Below are positions 22,501-33,291 of a stretch of 64,000 bases of DNA, piece after piece. Origin of the DNA: Bugula neritina (taxonomy: Eukaryota; Animalia; Bryozoa); contig OZ037766.1 in the NCBI GenBank assembly GCA_964035545.1, positions 23,114,767 to 23,178,766 on the forward strand. The letters run 5' to 3'. The first letter of the stretch is position 1, and each line of letters begins with the position of its first letter. The position numbers were made by a program, and so were the translations under genes. The notes under the pieces are model-generated. The model was not told the DNA's origin, made no database searches, and saw only the letters and a list, made by a program, of their open reading frames with translations.

Positions 22501-25500
22501 CTGGTTCTCTCTTTAGGTGAGACATTCATCTTCTCTCTGGTAGTTGGACAAGCTCTGGAGTTGACTATCCACAACCAGACAGTATTTGCCACCACCCCAG
22601 TGCCTCTCTCTGGTCACTGGTCCCATCTGGTTGTCACGTGGTCTTCCGTTAATGGTGGGTATCTTACAGCTTGTTCACTATAGGTGTATATACGCACACC
22701 ACACACACTCACACGCACACTACACACATGCGCACGTGCGCACACGTGTTTACCTCTGTGGTGTATAGTAGGCCTACAAATTGGCGTATATATCTTTCTG
22801 TTGACACTTAATAGTTTTCCATATATTTGTAACATTTTATAGTGTTTTTTATATTTATATAATAATGTTTTAAATGGTTAATTTTCTCCAGGAGTTGCTC
22901 AAATGTATCTCAACAAGACGGAACTGAATATCTTGGGAAATGACCTAGAACTAAATAAAGGTCCGGTAATAGAGTCAAATGGTTTCATGGTTCTCGGACA
23001 GTTTTCTCCCGACAGTTTCGATACGTATGACCTTAACCTTTCCTATGTCGGTAAGTTTGTATAGATCATGTACACTCTGTTGGTTGCTATGACAACAGAC
23101 TCACTCCAACTATGCTCGTGTACTACTTTCTAACAGGTAGTTTGGCTCACGTGAATATCTGGAAGAGTAGTTTCACCCCTGAGGAGCTAGAAATACTGTT
23201 TGATGATTGCACGTTCACTCACTGTGGTAATGGTGTGGAGTGGATAGATCTTAGGGAGGGCACGCGGGGTCTTTCTCGGCTCAGGTGGCCATCTGGGATT
23301 TATGCCGATAATCCTTGTTTCTCCAGAAGTCAGGCTCTCATTACATGTGACAAGTACTGCAGCCATGATATTGGTTTGTATTGGCTCTTTCTGTAAACTA
23401 TTCCTACTTATTGCTGCTAGTTTTTACACTACTAAACCTAGTTTGCTATTTTCTTCTCATAGTAATTGTTCATCAAAAACGGAAAGTCGTTGAAAATGTT
23501 GAAATAATTACTACCTACCTTGTGTGTTGGAAGTTTGTTGAGGTTTAACATTTGTTGTAGTCTGTAGCAAGCAGGTTACTCATAGTCATGCAATTGCCTG
23601 TAGCAGTTTAGCGTGGCGAAAATGCTCAATAAAATCATTATTAGCATGTAACTTATACAGCCATAATGAATTTATTTGGCAGTTCCACTCTTTCTTGTTT
23701 TGGTAAATAGTCTGGAAAAACATTGATATTAAATGTTATAGTTACTACAAGTCTCATTAGCATATATAATTATATATTTAATTAAAAACACCCAGTTAAG
23801 TTTGATTCTATTTCACTGTATTATATTAAGTAAACTATTGTTTGTATTTATCTTGAGTTTTATAGCATTTAAATAATATTATATTGAATAAACTTGAACT
23901 TTCTTTTTTGGGTTATCTTCAAGTTTTCACCTCATCATGTTTCAGTTGCCAAGACTGCTGTCTTTCTGGTATTGTGATATGCTGTGACCAAACCAGCATT
24001 TATATAAGAATTATATTTCTAAGAACTATAGTTGTGCCTAAAAATGTAAAGAACACAACTCCTAATCCAGTGTTATTGCAATAGCTGTAGTTATTCAGTA
24101 CATGGGCATGTCTCCAGCCTCCCTAAAGTATAACAATTTGACCACTAGGCAATTGGCGAAACATTGTGTTTGGTTCTTAAATCCTTCACTACTGTTATTG
24201 GGGGTGTTACTAAAGGTGTACAGTGTAAGGAAGAGGTGCGGGAGAGTGTTACCTGGTCCCGCACTCCTGCCATTACAGAAGAAGGAATTGTGGCTGAACT
24301 AAGTGTACCTTGTCCTGGTTTCACCATCACTGATAATAGCAGTGGTACTTTCATACGTAAGTACACATCTGAATGTACTTTCAAACGTAAGTACACATCT
24401 GAATGTACTTTCATACGTAAGTACGATTTGACTCTTCATTAACCTGCCACATGAACTTATTTGCATAGGTACAATTCTGTTTCACTACAGTCTAAGTACT
24501 TGCTAAGCTCTAATTTGATAAATTTATGTTTAAAATGAACAATTAATTTCTTATTTATTGCTTTATTGGTATTTTCAAAAGTATTGAAATGGCAATAATG
24601 TGTATTTATTACACTGTTGAATAAAGATGATATTTCAACCGAATGTACTTATTACCTCTAAATGTTTGTTTACTGTTTGTTTACTAATTATTGTTTACTA
24701 ATGTTTGATCAGCCCAGGCCAAGAGAAAGTGCAACTCTGTTGACGATGTGGGAGTTTGGGACTCACCTTATATAGACAATTGTCTTACTCCATCCTTCCT
24801 CGATTTCTCCGCTAAGGTAATTGCACTTGTTTTCTAACTCGCAGTATCTGCTGGAATAACCTGACTAATAGAACTCCCTGTCCCTTCAAACATGTTGTCC
24901 AAGTCAGCCTTAATTCTAGAAGAGCAGTCAAACAACTAAGATATGTTCAACGTACATACACAATAAACTCTTGTTAAGATCCAATAGTGTCATCCCACGT
25001 GCCTATAAGACACCCACTATAATACAAGGGTCATAGTTGTTTTATTGTACCTACTGCATTTGAGTCAAGAAAAAATCTGCTAACCTTTTGAAGTATCATG
25101 GTTTTTGATATTTTATTAATGGGAACTTGGCTTTACTAAATAGAAATAGTCTTTATTACAGTTTCTTGTCTAGTTTAGTGCGTCACAGAAAAATAGGTAT
25201 AGAGATGCAGTCTAAAACAGACTACAGGCTTTTGATAGGATAGCAGCAACTAATTTTTAAAGCTTCCTGCAACATTTTATGCACTTGAAAGTGGCAGCAT
25301 TGGTTTGTAAAAAAGAAGTGTTGTGGTTGCAAGCTTGTGTTTGGCATGATAGTTTAGTACTTCATTTGCTGTAGTTCACAACATTAATTTTGGTTGTATG
25401 GTAGTTATTATTTACAAGTAAGTTTTGAATTTAGAATATATTATAATGAATACTGCAGGTGACGGCTTACAAGACAAGCAATTCCTTTGACAAGAGTCAT

Positions 25501-28500
25501 GTGATCTCATTGTTACGTGAGCTGCAAGATAAGACACAACACTGGGTTTATGACAATCCTGTAGACCTGTCAGTTACCATCCAGTCACTTTCCACTATTT
25601 TAGAGTTACAGGCAAGTCACTGTTAGTAGTTACTGTAAAATTTATCCAACATATAAATAGTGGAAAACTATGGAAGCCTGCTTTACATATATCAACACAA
25701 AAACCATTATATTTAGGCTATATTACCCCAGTAAAGGCCATTGGTGATGTTAGGATGAGCATTCAGTCATAATTGCTTCTGTGCCATTCCTTAGCCCATT
25801 TTAAAAAACCCTAACTCGACACAATTTTAAGTGCTAACTGATATTAAAAAACTCACGCAAGTTTATAGCCACCATCCCTGTGAGAAACCCCTGATGGAAA
25901 GGGTTTTTTAAAGTGGGCTAAGGAGTGGCACAGAAGCAATTATGACTGGATGCTCATCCTAACATTACCGATGGCCTTTACTGGGGTAATATAGCCTAAA
26001 CATAAGGGTTTTTGTGTTCAAGAAGTTTAGTTTATGCTGGTATGCAATAATTTCAACTTGAATAAAATAAGGAATAATTTTGTATTGGATAAAGTTGTGG
26101 TATGTGTGGATCAGGTTGGTCTGCAGTAGTAAGTGATTATATGGTTTCTCCTGGTTTCAGGACTCTCTATTCAACACTCATGTTACCAGTCAGCAGAGAG
26201 ATGACGTGCTGGAATACACTGAGTCATCCATCACCACCCCAAACATGACTTTTGCTGACTCTATTACCATCGCTGACGTATGTTCACTTGATTGGTTTTT
26301 CTCTGTTTTGATGACTTGTTGGTCATTAAGTAATATTTTGAAGTAAAATTATGTTTGAATTTTAATTTAATAAGCAGTTAACATTATGTCATATGTTTAA
26401 ATGATATTGTTATTAATTAAAACAAGTTTTTGTTTTTGCTGTTGTTCAAAATTTGATGAAATATTTAAAAGAAAGTTCTCCATTAGATTAATGCAAATTT
26501 TATATCATTTGTTTACAGATATAAACATTAGCTCAACACTCTTTACTCTTTCATTATAAACCTAATACTCTGATATATTGGCAACATCTGGGCTTTGCTA
26601 ACTTCTAAATGCAAAGATTTTAAAGTTTACTGTCAGGAAAGATTGATTTTTGAAGAGCAAAAAACGACACTAAAGATCTTCAATAACAGTTTGAACACAT
26701 TTTGTTACATATTTTATACTCTTTGTTTTCAGTTATACTTGAGTATACTGAATGACATTGCTGATATCAAGAATGACAAGGCATGGAACAAGACAAGACC
26801 ACTTGGCCAGCTAGCAGATAAACTGCTACAAGTTGTTAATCAGTTTACTTCTGTGTTCTCTCTCAGCCTGCATCATCACTTGTCTAGTCTACAGTCAAAA
26901 CAGGGTTCTTTTAGGAGGTCTCTGGACAACATAGGTAAACCCTCGTAGTTTTACCAAATACTACTACAGCTTCAAAGGCCAAACACACGTGTTATTTAAT
27001 TATTTGTATATGCTTAAGGTATGAAGGTGATAAGTGTTGTACCAAAGGATTTCTACGGGATAGTTCTACCAGATGCTTCAGATTTGGCTGACTTGGGAAT
27101 GACTGAGGAACCTGCAACTGTTTCGTTTACTCCGAATAAAGAATTCATACAAAAAATAAACGAATTAGCTGTTGGTGAGCTAAATATTTAAGTAGCTGAA
27201 CAACTAAGCATCAAAGTCTTTGTAGATAGTTAACCATTCCTTGAGTATTGTTACCAACTGGTAATTTGCGTATTCGCAGCCAACTATTGATCACCAGTTT
27301 GTAATCACTGAATTGCATGTAACTGCTAAAATATAGGAATTGTGTTCTCTATGTCCTACAGATAACCTGATGCTTGTAACACTCCGACTAAACACATTTA
27401 GCCGTCTGCTGTATGATCCCCGCTATGGACAACATGATAATATAAATACTCCGGTGGTGAAGATAAAAATGTACGAATCTATAGAAGGTTTCCTCCATCC
27501 TTCTAATGTTTCTTTTGAAACTACAATGACACTTCTCTTTTCAAACGTAAGTTCTATCTTCAAGACCAGAATTTGCTCAAAATATCGTGTGTCAAGTGTT
27601 TTTCAGTTGTAAAGTTTCAGAATGTACTGTGCTAAAACTTCAATAATGCAAATCTTAACCCAAGTTTAGTTTGTATCAACGTTGTTAGAACTGATTAATT
27701 TTATGTTGTGTTTTCAGGCTAATAATTTTTCCAACCCTGAATGTGTCGCCATAGTACACGGTGATGATTCACGGAACATAGTTTGGAACAGGAACAACAG
27801 TAACCCTCCCTGCAAGCTGAAATCCAACAGTTCAACTTCAGTTGTGTGTGTATGTGCCGGGGATGACTTTTTTGCTGGCACAACAGACATGTTTAATGAA
27901 AATGTAAGCACAGCCAGTGTTCCTGTATACAGTGTAACGATAATGTACAGTGTTCTACCACTTATAGTATTACCACATGCGGTGTTACCACATGCAGTGT
28001 TACCACAGGCAGTGTTACCACATGCAGTGTTACCACATGCAGTGTTCTACCACTTATAGTATTACCACATGCGGTGTTACCACATGCAGTGTTACCACAT
28101 GCAGTGTTACCACATGCAGTGTTACCACATGCGGTGTTACCACATGCAGTGTTACCACATGCAGTGTTCTACCACTTATAGTATTACCACATGCAGTGTT
28201 GCCACATGCAGTGTTACCATATAAAGTGTTTATGCTGTATTTACAGTGGCGCATTCCAGACCCACCTCCTCTCCTAATGGCGGCTCCTTCTTACATAGGA
28301 TGCTCTATATCTATAGCCTTTTGTCTCTTGACTCTTGTTCTACTAACTTATGTCGGGTGAGTTCTCGCCCCCCCCCCCTTCTTCCCACTTCACTAACTTA
28401 ATAAGTACATGACGATCATACAATAACAGTAGTAAGTTGTTTTATGCCTTTGTTATAGAACGACGAGTCGTACTGCTACAATGCACAAACATTTTGCTGT

Positions 28501-31500
28501 CGCTGTTGCCTGCAACACCCTTGTGTTCATGATTGGCATCAGACTCACAGCTAATGAGGTATGTCTCTACTCTGTATGTCTCTACTCTGTATGTCTCTAC
28601 TCTGTATGTCTCTACTCTGTATGTTTCTACTCTGTATGTCTCTACTCTGTATGTCTCTACTCTGTATGTCTCTACTCCGTGTGTCTCTACTCTGTATGTC
28701 TCTACTCTGTATGTCTCTACTCTGTATGTCTCCACTCTGTATGTCTCTACTCTGTGTGTCTCTACTCTGCGTGTCTACTCTGCGTGTCTCTACTCTGCGT
28801 GTCTCTACTCTGCATGTCTCCACTCTGCATGTCTCTACTCTGTATGTCTCTACTCTGTATGTCTCTACTCTGCATGTCTCTACTCTGCATGTCTATACTC
28901 TGCATGTCTCTACTCTGCATGTCTCTACTCTGCATGTCTCTACTCTGTATGTCTCTACTCTGTATGTCTCTACTCTGTATGTCTCTACTCTGTATGTCTC
29001 TACTCTGCATGTCTCTACTCTGTATGTCTCTACTCTATTTGTCTACTCTGTATATCTACTCTGTGTCTCTACTCTGCATGTCTCTACTCTGTATGTCTCT
29101 ACTCTGCGTGTCTCTACTCTGTATGTCTCTACTCTGTATGTCTCTACTCTGTATGTCTCTACTCTGCGTGTCTCCACTCTGCGTGTCTCTACTCTGTGTG
29201 TCTCTACTCTGCATGTCTCAACTCTGCATGTCTCTACTCTGCATGTCTCTACTCTGCATGTCTCTACTCTGTATGTCTCTACTCTGTCTCAATTCTGTAT
29301 ATCTGTTACAGAACATATGCAAGGCCTCAGCCATTCTATTTCACTACTTTTTTCTGTCCGTCTACGCATGGCTGATGAATGAAGGTTTTAATGTCTACAT
29401 ATCCATTACTTACACTGCACACAATCAGCATACTCAAGATAATTCTGGCCATTGGAGACATTATATTATTGGTTGGGGTGAGATAACTGCATCTCTTTCA
29501 GACCTGCATTGTATGTGCCTCAGTAAAACACTAGTGTTGTCATGCCTGTATACTTATATACGCTTGTATATACTTATATATTCTTGTATGCTTTATATAC
29601 TTATACACTTATATTTATTGATTTATTGCCCATCACAGACATGACAACAAATTGTGAAATTCAGTGTAAATACTGGCTATAATAAGTAGGCATGAACAAA
29701 AATGAAAAAAAAGAAACAAAAAAGTCAAAGCTATGTTGGATTATTTAAAATAGAAGCTCGTTTAAAGTATTGACAAGATGTCGTTAAAAGCTATCTCTGC
29801 CCCATGCTCCTTTATATTTGATGGTTCGATATCTTCCAGAAGGGCATTGACTCAGAAACTTATTGATAAAATGGTCATCGTCTATTATACTGTATATCTA
29901 CATGTATACTTATACATACTTGTATACTACATATACGTAGATGTATGCTGTCTACAGGGGTCCCAGGAATTCTGGTCTCAGCTATAGTTGGATCTACATT
30001 TGACAATTACTTCTCTAAGGACATGTGCTTCGTATCTTGGGATAGCATTTGGTTATTCGCTGGGCCACCACTAGCTATGATATGTGTGAGTTGTGTTTAT
30101 TTGAAAATGAGGCTATCCTATGATAACTGTGGTACCTCAGACTATGTTAAAATACTCATATTCTATATCAGGTTGTGTAGATTACATCAGGAAGTGCTGT
30201 ACTCCTATCTATGTATTACTTCAGGTCACTTTACTCGTGCTGACTTTTGCTGCCAAAGAAAACAACGAAGTCTCCTATACTAAGAATGAATCCGCCAACA
30301 CAATGACAGAGTAAGTAGATTAGGTGTCGGTTTTGTAAAGCACAAAGTGATGTAAATTGCACTAGAGCAAGTTTCTTGGAATAAGTTTCACTCATGCATG
30401 TTGGAGTTTCGCGAGGTGTTCAAAAGCATACTTGACCAAACACTGTTGAAAGTAGCATTTTTTGACCCATGCCTGTGTGTCTCTATTCTGCATTTCTTAA
30501 CTGTTTTGATCACATAATGCAGGTACCATGTGAATGCTGTGTGGACTCAACTAATACTTGTTACTTGCACCTGGGCTATAGCCTTTCTTTCTCTGAAATA
30601 CAAGTCATTGGTCTTCAAATGGGTCTTCTTCATATTCAACTGTGCGCAGGTAGTGTAACTCATGCCGAGTGAATTCTTTTATTCCCAGTTGCCTTTTCTG
30701 TGATGTATTAAAAGCAATTGGGGAAACTTTGAGTTTAATTCTTTTAGAGAGTTTTTTTACAACTTTGAAACACATTCAGTATGGCCAACTGTTCTTGCTA
30801 CTCGTAAAATCTGAAACATGTGATATAGCACTGCTAACAGTTGTGTAGTGGTAACATATAGAATTGCTACAATTCATTTATTATAATCAAATTAGCTGCT
30901 TTTAACAGTCGTAAGACTTGTATAAATTTATAATAGTTTTGTGAAAAAAATATTCGTAGTCACTATAACAACTGTACTAAGCAATTCTAGTCTTAGTGGG
31001 TAATGAGTAAATATATAAAAAATATTAGATATTAATCAGTAAGTTATCACATGTAGCGCCTTTCACCGCATGCTTTGTTGTGTAATAATATAGATATGAC
31101 AGTCATTTTATAACATTCTCTAGGGGTCTTTCCTTCTGGTGTTTTTCTTCCTTTTAAATGAAGAAGTGAGATCAGTGTTCAAATCTAAAGAAATTAAGCA
31201 GCAGTTGGGGTGGGACATATCAGCACCCTCACCTAACTCTTCACCTCGAGAGGAGAGAATTCCGCTAACATACGAGGTATTCAATTCAATCCACTATCAT
31301 TGTAATCAGTGTACAGCTGTTGAGTTAAACTCCAAAGTTTATTCTGCCAGTTTCAAATTTCTGTTATGATTTTATTGCGATGTTCTTTGCTGTTTGAGGT
31401 AATTTTCATCTGTGCTTAAAATACTTCAAGATGTCTCCGATCTATTTACAGGTAGCCAGTTTTAAATATTGAATCTCTAGTAAAATAAAAAAATAATTTA

Positions 31501-33000
31501 GTACCAAACTGTAATACTCATGTTTACAATAATTGTTCAAGCTGGTGTTCAATTTTTATAGAGAAAATTGTGGTAAGATTAATCTGAATTGTGCCTCAAC
31601 ACTTTCGTGTAATACTTAGTTCGGGTCATGATATTTAGTAGCGAAAAATGCTCAAATTCTTATTTTCTATAAAACATGTCACAATTAGGAAGAAGCTGCC
31701 CGTGAAATAGAAGAAAATATAACAACAGTTTAACCTTGACCTTTTTAAAGGTCACAAGGTAATAGCTAGTTACCACCCACTTCACACTGTTGGCTTACCT
31801 AACTTTGTTGCCCCTACTTTCAGCTCTATTATTCTTTCATTGTAATATACTTTCATTTAACACATGAGGATTCAAACCCTCACTACGAGTGAAATGCTTT
31901 CTCAATTTGAGTTTTCATTCCTAGTTAAATTCTAGTCTCCAGAATGCCTAGGGTGAACATATTTTTTCAGTAATCAACTTATGAAATATTTTGACGAGAG
32001 AAGGACGTTAGCCGCCTGCTTTTCAAAACCATAAATAATTTTGAATCATAAAATCGTAACCAATGAGATTTTGTAGTCTCAATTTCCTAAGAAACTAGTT
32101 CTGACTTGGAACTTTCAACTAAATGGTAGAAAATACTGGCAGATGTCCTTCTCAAGGTCACCCATCACTTAACAATTCAGATATATTGTTTTCAGTCTCC
32201 TTCAAGACTATTACCACCCATTAAATAACAACCTTGTCTTTAAAAACCAATCATTTATTATCTATAAAGGGTAAAAAATAACTGTGGTCAGCCATATTTG
32301 CAATTATTTTAAATAAGTTTAAAAGATAGCAGTTTTTTCGTGAATTTATAGATACACTTGAATACCAACTAATATTAGCCTGGCATATTTTATTCATTTA
32401 CAGCATTGTAAATGCCAAACACACAGTATTGTTTCACCAAATTGATGGACAGTAAATGCTGTGTAGACTGGGCTCCAGATATTTCTCAAATAGACATAAA
32501 ACCTACTGAACCACTATGTCAAGGTTATTCATATCATGTTCCACTACAAGACCAAGTAGACATTAGTAACTAACAAGTCACATAACTACTGCTTTCTCAC
32601 AACACAGCTGGTATATTTGTTATATCATATTTGTTAGCTTCATTTGGTATATTTTGCTAGTAGAATATAATATGCCAATGTACAATCATGTTATATCTCC
32701 CTCCCTGTCTATTTGGACATTAATTTTATAATTCACTAAAACATTTCAAAAAAAATATAAGCACATCTGTGGCTGTATGCCCAGGTGTTGTTTTCTCAGT
32801 TTCACGTAACTATATATGGTTTTTTTTTTAGAAAATAAAAGTTGTTTTAATCGTGTTTACAGCAAAGACAACTATATGGAAGTGACAGCTCTCTAACAGC
32901 CAATCAAACTCAAGAAGAAAGACCATTAACCAATCAGAACATGATCACGTTGACTCCCGATCAGTTGGAGAGGAATTCATTACCTGAGACCAATGTCTAG
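19520..33000 (+). CDS. Adhesion G protein-coupled receptor (signal peptide, EGF-like, pentraxin/LamG, HormR, GAIN/GPS, secretin-type 7TM, PDZ-binding tail)
   Basis: Exons: 19520-19619, 20766-20894, 22155-22361, 22517-22654, 22892-23050, 23137-23373, 24216-24356, 24713-24816, 25459-25611, 26161-26277, 26733-26934, 27019-27174, 27362-27546, 27718-27903, 28247-28356, 28459-28558, 29312-29477, 29958-30085, 30225-30310, 30523-30649, 31124-31276, 32863-33000; phases are consistent. Signal peptide MVFSACLLLYSAIASLAS; EGF-like CRDTPKGYTCICGPGF; pentraxin motifs WSHLVVTWSS, MVLGQ, GSLAHVNIW; HormR C..W..T..CP..RKC..GVW..NC; GPS C..W..C..CVC; TM motifs SYIGCSIS, CKASAILFHYFFLSVYAWLMNEG, IIGWGVP, FAGPP, FNCAQG, LLNEEVR; C-terminus PETNV*. 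Confidence 0.9.
19915..20190. repeat. Intronic minisatellite (ATATGCTATTTCATACAC family)
   Basis: Visible tandem units. Confidence 0.8.
20365..20600. repeat. Intronic minisatellite, about 38-bp unit
   Basis: GTTACTGTAATATATCATATCAATACCATAGCTATAGG repeated about 6 times. Confidence 0.85.
21250..22070 (-). mobile_element. Degenerate RTE-type LINE fragment (AP endonuclease region) in an aGPCR intron
   Basis: Translates in broken frames to ILVHAPQQGC..EKKDHFCNQL..MVVTGDLNRPVG, VKNCQVIPGEAVA and KIRWWK, typical of the RTE-clade endonuclease and linker. Confidence 0.75.
22343..22455 (+). repeat. 40-bp tandem triplication spanning an exon-intron junction
   Basis: TACAAGTATCAAATAAAGG|GTGGGTATGTCTAC occurs three times. 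Confidence 0.9.
24345..24425 (+). repeat. 30-bp tandem triplication spanning an exon-intron junction
   Basis: GTACTTTCAWAC|GTAAGTAC occurs at 30-nt spacing, with donors at 24357, 24387 and 24417. Confidence 0.9.
25694..26018. repeat. Inverted repeat of about 120 bp made of 5'-truncated SINE copies plus flanking sequence
   Basis: 25694-25812 is the near reverse complement of 25900-26018; both contain the SINE body. The SINE 3' end (minus strand) lies in the spacer at about 25846-25899. Confidence 0.85.
27945..28220. repeat. Intronic minisatellite, 15-bp unit
   Basis: GTGTTACCACATGCA repeats. Confidence 0.9.
28559..29287. repeat. Intronic minisatellite, 15-bp unit starting at the splice donor
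   Basis: GTATGTCTCTACTCT repeated about 48 times fills almost the whole intron 28559-29311. Confidence 0.95.
31998..32153. mobile_element. Small MITE-like element
   Basis: Imperfect terminal inverted repeats GAGAAGGACGTTAGCC and GGCAGATGTCCTTCTC. Confidence 0.4.
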
Positions 33001-33266
33001 CCACACCGTATCTCCCTCTTTAGGAGTTGACTCTACGTCAGCGGCAGCATTTTGATTTACGGTCGAACAATACTTCTACAGCAGTATCAATGACATCAAT
33101 GGTGTAACAGTACATTGCTGTCAGCAAGCTCTATCCATGTATCATGTTATCTATTTCATTTCACCAATGATAGTAGTACTCTGTACATATTATTTATGTC
33201 ATGAAAATTGCGATGAGCTGTTCATTTATTTTTTGTTTACGTGGTTATATTTTTGAGAAAATTTGT

Positions 33267-33291
33267 AATAAAGGCAATAATATTGAATAAA
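33267..33291 (+). terminator. Candidate polyadenylation signals of the aGPCR gene
   Basis: AATAAA at 33267 and 33286, about 270-290 nt after the stop codon. Confidence 0.45.

Noticed and set aside
28442-29644. Several overlapping repetitive ORFs (CMSLL, YVSTL, VETYR, DIQSR)
   Set aside because: They are products of the 15-bp intronic repeat; only the flanking parts are true aGPCR exons.
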